DNA of 64,000 nt. Origin: Thermodesulfobacteriota bacterium (GTDB taxonomy: Bacteria; Desulfobacterota; Desulfobacteria; Desulfobacterales; C00003060). The stretch spans positions 64,619-128,618 of the forward strand of contig JAXHVD010000001.1 of NCBI GenBank assembly GCA_034189385.1, read 5' to 3'. Positions 20,026 to 29,233 of the stretch are shown here, in pieces. Made by a program: the position numbers and the translations under genes. The first letter of the stretch is position 1. Every line of letters starts with the position of its first letter. Below the pieces are notes generated by a model. That model was given only the letters and a program-made list of their open reading frames with translations. It searched no databases and was not told the DNA's origin.

Positions 20026-20712
20026 ATGGACGTTAGAGTGGCGCAAAGAATCAAATGGTGGCTGGTTGTCGTACTGGCAGGAAGCTTTCTTTGGGGATGT
20101 GGTTCAGGGCAGCGGGTTTCACGGCGTTATACTGAGCAGGTAAGGGATATCAAAACCGTTTTGGTCCTCCCCTTTCAAGCCGCTACCGAATACTACGATG
20201 CAGGGGCAACGGTTCAGTGTTTTGAATGCGAGTATTTCGTGCAAACAGGGACCATTGAGGCAGGGGCCGATACGTTCATGAACGAAGAGCTCATGGCCTT
20301 TCTGGAGTCAGACACCCCCTATAAGCCTATTCCTTTCTGGACGGTCCAGGGTGTGACCTCCAAGATGCCCTCTCAAGACCTTCGTGGGGCAGATCGCTCT
20401 CTTCTCATCCAGATGGGAAAGAGCCTTCAGGCAGATGCTGTCATCGGCGGGACCCTTTACCGCTTCAGAGAACGTGCAGGGACATCCCTGTCCGTGACCA
20501 CGCCAGCGTCCGTTGCCTTTGCCATAGAGCTGATCCGTGTCTCTGACGGTCGTACCCTATGGGGCCGTGCCTTTGATGAGACCCAGCGCAGTCTTGACGA
20601 GAATCTTCTGAAATTGGGCAGCTTCTTGAAAAGGGGCGGCGGATGGCTCACCGCGGAAGAACTGGCTGCGGCTGGATTCAAGGAGGTGATGGCCAGCTTC
20701 CCCGTGCCGTAA
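20026..20712 (+). CDS. Lipoprotein with an LpoB/TolB-N-like (DUF799-like) fold, function unknown
   Basis: Lipobox LAGSFLWGC. The VLVLPF...ADAVIGGTLYRF pattern is typical of the LpoB/CsgG/FlgO-type alpha/beta module. GGGAG SD. Confidence 0.6.
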   Translation: MDVRVAQRIKWWLVVVLAGSFLWGCGSGQRVSRRYTEQVRDIKTVLVLPFQAATEYYDAGATVQCFECEYFVQTGTIEAGADTFMNEELMAFLESDTPYKPIPFWTVQGVTSKMPSQDLRGADRSLLIQMGKSLQADAVIGGTLYRFRERAGTSLSVTTPASVAFAIELIRVSDGRTLWGRAFDETQRSLDENLLKLGSFLKRGGGWLTAEELAAAGFKEVMASFPVP

Positions 20713-20946
20713 ATTCCCTTGTAATGTCGAAAATTAGCCTGACTTCATCCCGCGTTTCTACCCCTGGTCATCATACAGTGCCCCGGTCCGTTGGCAGTCT
20801 GGACCAGTTTCTCCCTTTTCACCACAAGACCGTAAGGTTACTATTTCACTGCGTACTTTTAGATAAGCCTTCCGGCATTCACTGCCACTTGGATGACGAA
20901 ATTTCCTGTGATTCACTGTTGAAATAATTGAAATGCTTGACAACTG

Positions 20947-20975
20947 AACGGCAACCATGTATAAGAGCCGAGTCC
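20947..20975 (+). promoter_or_regulatory. Sigma70-type promoter of the 535-aa beta-barrel gene
   Basis: TTGACA (20947-20952), 17-nt spacer, TATAAG (20970-20975). An AT-rich tract is upstream. It implies a ~150-nt 5' UTR containing a hairpin at 21067-21095. Confidence 0.5.
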
Positions 20976-21129
20976 CGCGGTTTGCATGTTAAAAAGCATT
21001 GTAATTCTGGTTTGTTACAACATAACCACCAAGAAAGGGGGTGGGGTTTCCTTGTTGCCGAGTGTCGCAGCCGATGTCCTTTTGGACATGGCTGCATCAA
21101 TCCCTTAAACACTAACAGGAGGAGAAAGA

Positions 21130-22737
21130 ATGAAGAGAATTGGAATAAGTGTGTCTGTACTCGTATTGGCTCTCTTTTTGGCCGCACCAGCCATAGCTGG
21201 ACCAGGCACGGTAGAGGTAACGGTGCCCGGAGACATTTCCCTTAGGATGGGCGCACAGGTCCGGATCATCCCCACGGCTGAGGTGGATCGGGACTTTGGA
21301 CTAAGCGATGACCTCACCAGTGCGCAGGAGCTAACAGCCGCCAGGGCCTTGGCTCCTATGGCCTGCCTGGGCGACAGCCCAAAGAGCCATCTCACTGAGG
21401 GGGCCGGCGCGGTAAAGGACAGCTACATCCGCGGTGAGCATCGCCTCTTCTTTAACTTTGCCCATGAGCAGGATTGGGACGTCTACTTCATGCTGGAAGT
21501 GGACACCCTCTTTCAGAGCCATACGGCAGACCGCACAGACTTTGCCTGGGGGCGCCAGACCCAGCAGTTTGGTGTAGAGCGCTTGAATGCCAGTTTTAAT
21601 CTGCCTGCCATCAACTCACGCCTCTGGGGTGGATGGGACGCCCGTGGTGTGGACATCGGCTATGGTGGGTTCCTTTACGCAGACGATGATCCGGGTCTGG
21701 GCCTGAAAGGCGCTGCAGACAACTGGATGTGGGAAGCCGTCTGGATCAAGAAGATTGAGGATGAATCCGGTTACGCCGATGAAAAGTTTCTCGGCGTGGA
21801 GATCAATCCCTTGGGGGCACCAGACCAGGGCCAGGATCAAGACCGGGACTTCTACTACGGCAAGCTCGGGTATGACTTTGGCGACAGCAAGGTCCTGGAA
21901 GGCTTCGGCATGTACCACCGGAACCGCGTGGGGGGCAATGATGTAGACCACTACGTCTTCGGCCTCCAGGGAAAATGCACCCAGGGTAGACTAAATCCCA
22001 TGTTTGAGGTGGCTTACGCCACGGGTGACTTTGACCGTGCCGACGGCCTTGAAGCCGACATAGATTCCATGGCAGCCTTTGGAGATGTGGCCATTGACCT
22101 GAGTGACACGGTGGGGCTGAAGAAGTTTGAAGCCCACGTTGGTGGCTATTGGTTGTCAGGTGATGACGATCCCGCCGACGATGACCTGGAAGGCTGGACC
22201 GAGGTGGTGGGTATTACCCGGTTCTCGCCGCGGTTCGGGACCGAGCAGGGGATCGCCCATGACGGCAATCCTCTCCTGGGACAGATCGAATATAGCTTCT
22301 TCCCCGCATACTACGGTACACAACTTTGGAATGGCGGCGGCATCAACGGTGGCGCCGACTATGACAACCCTGGTTTCATCATGCTGGGTGGTGGCGTGAA
22401 GGCGGCATGGGGCAAGTTTGGCCTCAAGTCCAACGTCATGGCCATGTGGTTTGAGGCCGAAGAGTCTGTAGAGGCATTCTATGAGCGCGCTGCTATTGGG
22501 CTTACCGGTGTGGAAATTGATGAATTCATGGGTGTGGAGTGGAATAACGAGCTTTCTTACAAGCTCTATGATCAGGTGACCCTCAAGGGTGGGGCATCGT
22601 TCCTCTTCCCGGGTGATGGTGCAGAGGACATTACCCAGGCCCTGGACGCCTATGCCCGTGGGGTGGACTTCGCCGATGGAGAAGCATCGGATGATGTCTC
22701 CATGCGCTTTGCCGCGGAGCTGATCTGGTTCTTCTAG
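21130..22737 (+). CDS. Outer-membrane beta-barrel protein, large porin or alginate-export-like, family uncertain
   Basis: Signal peptide MKRIGISVSVLVLALFLAAPAIAG. D/G-rich loops alternate with amphipathic strands. SGDDDPADDDLEGW segment. C-terminal ELIWFF (terminal aromatic). AGGAGGAG SD. Confidence 0.65.
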   Translation: MKRIGISVSVLVLALFLAAPAIAGPGTVEVTVPGDISLRMGAQVRIIPTAEVDRDFGLSDDLTSAQELTAARALAPMACLGDSPKSHLTEGAGAVKDSYIRGEHRLFFNFAHEQDWDVYFMLEVDTLFQSHTADRTDFAWGRQTQQFGVERLNASFNLPAINSRLWGGWDARGVDIGYGGFLYADDDPGLGLKGAADNWMWEAVWIKKIEDESGYADEKFLGVEINPLGAPDQGQDQDRDFYYGKLGYDFGDSKVLEGFGMYHRNRVGGNDVDHYVFGLQGKCTQGRLNPMFEVAYATGDFDRADGLEADIDSMAAFGDVAIDLSDTVGLKKFEAHVGGYWLSGDDDPADDDLEGWTEVVGITRFSPRFGTEQGIAHDGNPLLGQIEYSFFPAYYGTQLWNGGGINGGADYDNPGFIMLGGGVKAAWGKFGLKSNVMAMWFEAEESVEAFYERAAIGLTGVEIDEFMGVEWNNELSYKLYDQVTLKGGASFLFPGDGAEDITQALDAYARGVDFADGEASDDVSMRFAAELIWFF

Positions 22738-22751
22738 TCTCATAATCCAAC

Positions 22752-22820
22752 AAGGGCTTTTGCCCTTTTGCATGAACCAAAGGCCCAGTTCTGGTAGATG
22801 CCAGGCTGGGCCTTTCTTTG
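22752..22820 (+). terminator. Tandem hairpins after the barrel gene (putative intrinsic terminator)
   Basis: First hairpin aagggc-tttt-gccctt (22752-22767). Second hairpin aaaggcccag...ctgggccttt (22779-22815), followed by cttt/ctt. Confidence 0.45.
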
Positions 22821-22863
22821 CTTGCAGGAGATTGCTCAACCACGCCCGTTGGGGGATTTCTCC

Positions 22864-22892
22864 TTGACATATGAGGGGGCTTTTCCCATACT
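22864..22892 (+). promoter_or_regulatory. Sigma70-type promoter of the 384-aa lipoprotein gene
   Basis: TTGACA (22864-22869), 17-nt spacer, CATACT (22887-22892). Confidence 0.4.
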
Positions 22893-22951
22893 GCCCCGAA
22901 AAAAGGGAGGACTTCTTCTCCCTTTGGTTTGCGTAAAGAGAGGGTGATCCA

Positions 22952-24106
22952 ATGCTATTTCCTAGGATGCGATTCGCGATCATTGGTCTTCTGGTTTTGT
23001 TGTGGGGTCTCTCGACTGCCTGCGTTACGGGGAAGGGCGCCGCTCAGGCCAGGGAACCAAAGGAAGAACTGACGGCAGAGGAAAAATCGCGCCAGGCTTG
23101 GGACGAACAACTCCAAGAGCATCCCTGGATGGTCTCGGGCGAGTACTTCAGCCAAAAAGAGAAAGGGACAGGGGTTGACCTCCGGGAGTGGATAAAAAGC
23201 CGAGAGGAACAGGAGGAAAAACAGAAAGATACGGAAAGACGTCTGGAAGCGTTGGAGCAGGCTGTTCAAGAGGGGCAAACATTGGAGCCACCTGGAAAGG
23301 AGCCACGGCCTGTGGTTGCGGCGGCCAAGCCTTCTGCAGTGCCTGCGATGCCTCTGAAGACTGCAGGGGCGTCATCCTCACGAGGACTTCCATTCAAGGC
23401 GGCAATGGTCGTCTATCCCAAGGTGTATGAAGCAGCGCCAGATGTGAAAGAAGCCCTTCTTGGGGCCCTGGGCAGCCTGTCTGCCAGGCGTTCTCAGGTT
23501 CTCTTGATGGGACCTGGGGAAGTGGAAGAGATCCTCATGCAACAAGGCTTAGTTTCCGGTCCTAAGAACATGGAAAAGGTTGCCCAGGCCCTGGGAACCT
23601 ATCCGGCTGCCCGCTTGGTCGTCTTTGTGGAGAAGCTGGGATTGGACGCCAAGGGGAAGAAGGTTGAGGGCAGCCTGGAATACGCCATCGTAGATGGCTT
23701 TTCCGGAAGGTCCATCACAACGGCCCAGGAAGCAGCATCAGCCTCTTCAGGCGCTGCCGGAACAAGGAAGGTCTTGGGCGAGCTCGTGGCTGCCATGGCA
23801 GAGACTCTAGAGAAGAAGGCATCCAAATATGACTGGTACTCCCGTGTTGCTATGGTGGAAGGAAAACAGATCTACCTTACCGCCGGTGCTGCATCTGGAT
23901 TGAAGGTTGGGGACATCTTATCCGTGTACGGCCCTGGCAAAGAGATCGTCCACCCTGTTGCCAAGGTCTCCATGGGGTTTCAACGGGGTCCCTATAAAGG
24001 CAAGGTCAAAGTGCTCAAGCTTTTTGGCCGTGATGCAGCAGAAGCCGCCCTTGTGAGCGGTAAAGGCAAGATAGAAGGCAATGACCTGGTGGCTCCCCCC
24101 GACTAG
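22952..24106 (+). CDS. Lipoprotein of unknown function with a charged coiled region and a C-terminal small beta-barrel-like domain
   Basis: Lipobox LWGLSTAC. E/K-rich segment. C-terminal VEGKQIYLTAGAASGLKVGDILSVYGPG...GKVKVLKLFGRDAAEAALVSGKGKIEGNDLV resembles FlgT-C/LPP20-type domains by eye. Confidence 0.6.
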   Translation: MLFPRMRFAIIGLLVLLWGLSTACVTGKGAAQAREPKEELTAEEKSRQAWDEQLQEHPWMVSGEYFSQKEKGTGVDLREWIKSREEQEEKQKDTERRLEALEQAVQEGQTLEPPGKEPRPVVAAAKPSAVPAMPLKTAGASSSRGLPFKAAMVVYPKVYEAAPDVKEALLGALGSLSARRSQVLLMGPGEVEEILMQQGLVSGPKNMEKVAQALGTYPAARLVVFVEKLGLDAKGKKVEGSLEYAIVDGFSGRSITTAQEAASASSGAAGTRKVLGELVAAMAETLEKKASKYDWYSRVAMVEGKQIYLTAGAASGLKVGDILSVYGPGKEIVHPVAKVSMGFQRGPYKGKVKVLKLFGRDAAEAALVSGKGKIEGNDLVAPPD

Positions 24107-24405
24107 ACAGAGTTGCCCAAAGCATCCATAAATCCATTCTCCCTACACCATGACTTGCCACGCCCCAATCTCTGTTCTTACATCCAGATTGCGATGACAC
24201 CCTTTTCCTGAACATTATCATGGTCTCTTTGGGACTAAAAAGCTGTCGATTCGGCGTAGAGGCCTATTGGTCAATGGGCATATCCATTTGATATAATACA
24301 ATAAAATCCCAGAAAATCTCTCTGTGGCAGGTTCTACCCCTGGATTTATATGAGGTTGCTCCTGTCAAAAGAGCTCCGTAATTGCGAATTTCTTGAAGAT
24401 TATGC

Positions 24406-24434
24406 TTGACATGTGTATTGGTGAAGGCTAAAAG
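24406..24434 (+). promoter_or_regulatory. Sigma70-type promoter of the 374-aa porin gene
   Basis: TTGACA (24406-24411), 17-nt spacer, TAAAAG (24429-24434). It is preceded by atgc, exactly as at 20943-20952. It implies a ~175-nt 5' UTR. Confidence 0.45.
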
Positions 24435-24612
24435 TTGGGCCAATCAGGGCACTATCTCAAGAAAATGCCGTAATATTAGAAAGTTAAGGGAGCAAGGCAG
24501 AAGAGGAGGTGATGCCTGGTCGGCTATGGGGCCTCACCCTTGAGGAGGGGCGAGGCATTGGAACTAACCGAAAAAACTTTCTTTTTTCACTAACAGGAGG
24601 AAAGGAAAGAGC

Positions 24613-25737
24613 ATGAAGAAGTTAGCAATAGGTTTTTTGGCAATTACGTTACTGGCTCTGTTTGCCATGCCTGCCGTGGCAGGTTTTGAGCCCTATGCCT
24701 CCATGAGGCTGGCTGTGGGCTGGTGGGACACTGAACCAAACGACACTGGGACTGGAGCCGACTATGACACCATTATGGTAGAGCTCGGAGACTTTAGTCG
24801 GTTCGGGGCTAAATGGAAAGGTGAAGAGTTGAGCGGGCACTTTGAGCTTGGCCTCAAGGGTGACGGCCGGGGCAGTAACTCGGCATACACTCGCCTCCTT
24901 TACGGCACCTGGAAATTCAACGGCGGTAGCCTCATGGTGGGTCAGAACTACGACCCTTACACCTTCATTTCAGACCAGATGGCGCCTCGGCTTAAGGATC
25001 TTGGCGGCGTCCATGTTCGTGAGATCGACGCTGAGAACTACTTCATCGGGTACGGCTGCCTCTGGGATAGCCGCCAGCCCCAGATCAAGCTGACCCTTGA
25101 CAGCGGGCTCTACCTGGCTGCCATCCAGCCGGACCCGGAAGACGGCGGCATAGGTGTGGACCTTGGTGAGGCCGACTTCCCCAAGCTCTGCGTGGGCTGG
25201 GAGATCAAGCAGGACAACCTGTTTCTGAATCCTGGTTTTGCTTGGAACCAAATTCAGGCCACGGAAGCGGGTGTCATGGATGAAGAAGACCTGGATTCCT
25301 GGCTTCTTTATCTGAACGGCAAGTTCGCCCTGGGGGCTGCTGATATCAAGGGTAGCGTCCATTACGGGCAGAACTTAGGTAACTTCGGCCTCTGGAACCG
25401 GGAGGCCGCCGCCTATGCGCAGGTTGACTTTGCTGATGGCGACTTCGAGGACAGCGATTGTTACGGCGGCTATGTCCAGTTGGCTTTTCCTCTGGACCCG
25501 GCAACCATTACCCTGGGCGTGGGCTACACTGCGTCTGAAAACGATTTGCTGGCCGACGGGGACGAGGATGATCAGATGTCCTATTTTGTCAATGCAAAGA
25601 TCCCCTTTGCGGACAATTTCTGGGTCATCCCGGAATTCTCCTACTACGATCATGGGGATGATCCTGTGAACAGCGTGGATGAGGCCGACGGGCCTGAGGC
25701 CTGGTTCGCTGGCGCGTTGTTGAGGATGGACTTCTAG
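24613..25737 (+). CDS. General porin-like outer-membrane beta-barrel
   Basis: Signal peptide MKKLAIGFLAITLLALFAMPAVAG. FSRFGAKWKGEELSGHFELG...YTRLLYGTWKFNGGSLMVGQNYDP is a porin-type pattern. C-terminal LLRMDF. Confidence 0.7.
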   Translation: MKKLAIGFLAITLLALFAMPAVAGFEPYASMRLAVGWWDTEPNDTGTGADYDTIMVELGDFSRFGAKWKGEELSGHFELGLKGDGRGSNSAYTRLLYGTWKFNGGSLMVGQNYDPYTFISDQMAPRLKDLGGVHVREIDAENYFIGYGCLWDSRQPQIKLTLDSGLYLAAIQPDPEDGGIGVDLGEADFPKLCVGWEIKQDNLFLNPGFAWNQIQATEAGVMDEEDLDSWLLYLNGKFALGAADIKGSVHYGQNLGNFGLWNREAAAYAQVDFADGDFEDSDCYGGYVQLAFPLDPATITLGVGYTASENDLLADGDEDDQMSYFVNAKIPFADNFWVIPEFSYYDHGDDPVNSVDEADGPEAWFAGALLRMDF

Positions 25738-25766
25738 TTAGGTCCTTTTGTAATCTCTCTAACAAG

Positions 25767-25798
25767 AGCCCCGGGGAAAATTCCCCGGGGCTTTTTTT
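25767..25798 (+). terminator. Rho-independent terminator
   Basis: 10-bp GC-rich stem agccccgggg/ccccggggct, 6-nt loop aaaatt, then T7. Confidence 0.85.
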
Positions 25799-26020
25799 GT
25801 GCCTGTTAAGATGGAAAGAACAAAGAACAGAAGAGTGTGGGAAAGGGAATCTCGAACTGCAGAACCATGGTTTTCTATTTGACGGAGCGGAAGCCAGCCG
25901 TTCTTTCTAGTACTTCAGCAATTTCTCTGTTCGTTATTGGACATTCATCGTTCACGACGGTACAATCGAGGGAATTCTGCCCTATTTGAGCGTCCATGGG
26001 ATTCAACACAGGACGGATTT

Positions 26021-27757
26021 TTAATCTCGGCCTGATGACGCGCCCGTGATCTCGTAGCTGATGATAGAACTTGAGACCCCGCCGAACACAGGGATCCGTG
26101 CCTTGCCCACGTGGGCGACGACCACTTCCTTTGCGCCGTCATTATCAAAGTCACCAATGCCGAAATCGCTGATATAGCCTTCCAGCTTGGGGGTTTGTAG
26201 CTCTGGTACCAGTGTGAGACCGTTCCAGGCCAGGGATGTCATGTGACCCGAGGAGAAGGATCGGAGCTTGGCGAACAGGCGGCCCATCTGACCCTCATTG
26301 GAGGGAACTACGACTTCCTGCTTACCGTCCCCGTCCAGGTCAAGAACGTAGATCCGTTGGGGGAGATAGAGCCTGTCTGCGATGTCGGAGTTTTTTACCC
26401 AAGACTCCACATAATTCATACTCCCGCCGAAGACCTCGCCGCTCCTCCATTTTTCGTCGCCCGAGAGGCTGAACAAACGAAGATGGTCTTCTCTGTCAAA
26501 GGCCACAGTGGTTTGCAGTCCCTTATTGGTCACATCACCTTGCGCAAAGCCAAAAAGATTGGCCCTTTTGGGCAGGGTTACAGGCTCTTGCGGTTGATAT
26601 TCACCGTTTTGCCATGTGAGGGCAGACACCCGGTCTGCAAAGGGCTCATCCATGGCGCGTTTTTGTCCTAGAAGGACTCGGCCTTGGTAAGGCAGATCTG
26701 CTACGCGGTAATACCAGTTGGCGTCTTCGCTGATCCGTTTGAAGGCCCTTCCGTCCCATTCCAGCACAAAGGAGCCGAGACGATCCCCAGGGTTCTTGAC
26801 GTTCGTGACAAATATTTCTGCCAGGCCATTGTTGTTTACGTCACCCACGTCAACAGCTATGTATCTGCACCCCCTATCCCCGCTCTTTTCCCATACCTTG
26901 ACAAGGCCCTGGTCCTGAAAGCGATGGACAAAAACGCGCCGGTCAGTGATGAAGACCACTTCCGTCTTCTGGTCGCCATCCACGTCTCCAAGGGCGATCC
27001 CGTTGATGGTTGCCCTAAAGTTTCTGCTGGCCCAGAACGCAGATGGCTTTTTATAAGCAGGCGATGTGCCAGGAGGTTCAGCAAACCCTCCTTCCTGCAC
27101 GGAAGGGGCAGGCTCAGCGAAACCGCGTTCCAATGTGGGAGCAGGTTCAGGCTTCGAAGACGCTACTTCTTCCCTTGGTTCACTGGCCAAGAGGGTTTCG
27201 GGATGGGCATAAATGCCGGGCCGAGGGGCCTCGGCAGGGGTTTCTGCTATCTTGGGGGCCGCAGTCACAGGGACGCCAAAGACCTTCTCCTTAATCTCTT
27301 TGGCAAAAAGGCTGATTTGAGGGATCACCTCGTCGATCTTACGGCCCTCCTTGAACAAGGTGACAACTGGCCTTTTTCCGTGAACATCCAAAAGCTTGCC
27401 ATCTAGACTTAGGCTTTCGCCAAGCATGGTCAGACTTCCAAAAAGAACGTAATCTGCCTTGAGGTTCTGGCCCAGCGTCCGAGCAGCAGGTTCGTTGACG
27501 GGTCCCGGTGTCTTCCGGAGCCCCGCTGCCGTCTCTCCCCTTGAAATCACTGCTACCTTGCCTTCCACTGAGAGTCGCGACGTGAGCATGTCAAGGATGC
27601 CCTCTTTTAGGAATGAAAGATCCCTGTCTGCGTTTATCTTGAAAGGCACGATGACCAGCCGGTAAGGCTCCCTGGCCGTCGCCCCTGAAGTAGCAAGAAA
27701 GAGTAAAGACAACAGCAGAACGAACCCATAGCATCGTCTTTTCCTGTCAGCTTTCAA
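26021..27757 (-). CDS. Secreted FG-GAP/VCBS-repeat (beta-propeller) protein with an N-terminal LpoB/TolB-N-like module
   Basis: TTG start with GAGGAGGA SD. Signal peptide LLLSLLFLATSGATA. YRLVIVPF...LKADYVLFGSLTML module. P/E-rich linker with internal repeat GFAEP..GGFAEP. Repeats DVDGDQKTEVV, DVNNNGLAEIF, DLDGDGKQEVVV and DFDNDGAKEVVV. Confidence 0.75.
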   Translation of the reverse strand: MKADRKRRCYGFVLLLSLLFLATSGATAREPYRLVIVPFKINADRDLSFLKEGILDMLTSRLSVEGKVAVISRGETAAGLRKTPGPVNEPAARTLGQNLKADYVLFGSLTMLGESLSLDGKLLDVHGKRPVVTLFKEGRKIDEVIPQISLFAKEIKEKVFGVPVTAAPKIAETPAEAPRPGIYAHPETLLASEPREEVASSKPEPAPTLERGFAEPAPSVQEGGFAEPPGTSPAYKKPSAFWASRNFRATINGIALGDVDGDQKTEVVFITDRRVFVHRFQDQGLVKVWEKSGDRGCRYIAVDVGDVNNNGLAEIFVTNVKNPGDRLGSFVLEWDGRAFKRISEDANWYYRVADLPYQGRVLLGQKRAMDEPFADRVSALTWQNGEYQPQEPVTLPKRANLFGFAQGDVTNKGLQTTVAFDREDHLRLFSLSGDEKWRSGEVFGGSMNYVESWVKNSDIADRLYLPQRIYVLDLDGDGKQEVVVPSNEGQMGRLFAKLRSFSSGHMTSLAWNGLTLVPELQTPKLEGYISDFGIGDFDNDGAKEVVVAHVGKARIPVFGGVSSSIISYEITGASSGRD

Positions 27758-27958
27758 TACCGATCCTCCTCATAACCTGTTGGTGGCGTCTTGGCGATAG
27801 CCATAAGAAAATGGATGAAGTCGCAAAAAGCCCCTTTTGCTCTCTCCGTCCTGTTCGCTTTGGCCTCTGTAAGACCATCGCGGCTATCAGCGCATCTCCT
27901 TAAGCAGCGCAAGGATAGGAGAAGGCCCCTTGCCTGTCAAGTGGCAAAGCAGAAGAGG

Positions 27959-28702
27959 TTACCCAAGGATACGATTCACCCTTTCCTGCATTTGCGAAAG
28001 GGTTTCCTTAGTGAAGGGCTCCACGTCCTTGAGGGCAGGCTCAAAGGGATCCGCAGGATCGAAACTCTGGAGGGTTAGGGATGGAGCCATATGGACACCC
28101 AAGAGATTCTTCAGCTCTTGGGCCAGGCAGTAGATGTCGGTTTCGGTTAGGAGTGAGGGGACGACTGTGCATCGAAATAGGTGCGGAATGCCTGCCGTGG
28201 TGATGACCTTGATGGATTGCTCTATGATGCTCATCGGTACAAACACACCAGCACAGCGTTCGTAGGCGGCCTCATCCAATGGGGCTTTAAGATCCATGGC
28301 CACAAGGTCCAGAAGTTGGTGTTCAATAAGATGCTCCAAGACTTCGGGTTCCGTGCCATTGGTGTCGACCTTGGTCTTGTAGCCGGCCTCACGAATCATC
28401 CTGAGCAGCCCGGGCAGGCCGCGGTGTATGGTAGGTTCCCCGCCTGTGACGCAGATGCCGCAGATAGAATCCTTTTTAGATTCAAGGTGTTGGAGTATCG
28501 TTTCAAGTGGAAAAGACTCCAGGGTGTCTGGCTTTAAGACGAGCTCATGGCTGTGGCAATAAGGGCATCTCAAGTTGCAGTACGGGAGATAGACGACGGC
28601 ACAGGTGTACCCAGGCCAATCTGTGGACGATGTTTGAACAAAACCTTTTATTGGGGGTTGGAGCATATGCTGTTCCATTCTCTGAAGCGCTGTGCATGAC
28701 AT
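27959..28702 (-). CDS. Radical SAM activating enzyme (NrdG2/PflA-like)
   Basis: TDWPGYTCAVVYLPYCNLRCPYCHSHEL and GICVTGGEPT. 247 aa. Confidence 0.7.
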   Translation of the reverse strand: MSCTALQRMEQHMLQPPIKGFVQTSSTDWPGYTCAVVYLPYCNLRCPYCHSHELVLKPDTLESFPLETILQHLESKKDSICGICVTGGEPTIHRGLPGLLRMIREAGYKTKVDTNGTEPEVLEHLIEHQLLDLVAMDLKAPLDEAAYERCAGVFVPMSIIEQSIKVITTAGIPHLFRCTVVPSLLTETDIYCLAQELKNLLGVHMAPSLTLQSFDPADPFEPALKDVEPFTKETLSQMQERVNRILG

Positions 28703-28791
28703 GGGCAGTCGGGCACAGAAGGATGTTTCCCGTTTTTCCGGATCAAGGGGTGCCCTGAAATCTGCAAATACAAGCGGCTTCTGTTGCTCAA

Positions 28792-29085
28792 TCAGTGTTT
28801 CGTGAATGAATGAAAACCGCTGGGTGTCGGCTCCGGGGCCGCTTCGACCTGGCCAAAGGACTGCTCGTACTTTTTCATGTTTTCCTGCAACGCAGCGATG
28901 ACGCGCTTCATGTGTCCAGGGCTAATAATCACCCTGGCGGTCACCGCCCCGGTAGGTGGCGCCACCACGAGGAAATCCATGATAAACTCCTCTCTTGTAT
29001 GCCTCACAAGCATGTTGTTGGCGTATACTCCCCCATGCAAACGCTCTGGAAAGTTGACTTTGACTCCCTGTTTTTCCTTAGACAT
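28792..29085 (-). CDS. DUF3467-like small protein
   Basis: GGVYANNMLVRHTREEFIMDFLVVAPP...RVIISPGHMKRVIAALQENMKKYEQSFG matches my memory of DUF3467. Confidence 0.6.
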   Translation of the reverse strand: MSKEKQGVKVNFPERLHGGVYANNMLVRHTREEFIMDFLVVAPPTGAVTARVIISPGHMKRVIAALQENMKKYEQSFGQVEAAPEPTPSGFHSFTKH

Positions 29086-29233
29086 TATGTCGCCCTTTCA
29101 TGATGGTTTGGACAAAAGTCAAAGATTGCTACTTGCAGTCATCCCAACAGACCCTGAAGGCTCAAAGGGGTCTTGCTGTTCCCTTTTCCAACTGCATGTC
29201 CGCCAGGTAGGGATACCTATTGAACCGCAACCC

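Noticed and set aside
22156-22983. 275-aa minus-strand ORF
   Set aside because: Antisense to the 3' part of the 535-aa barrel gene and to its terminator region. No motifs or SD.
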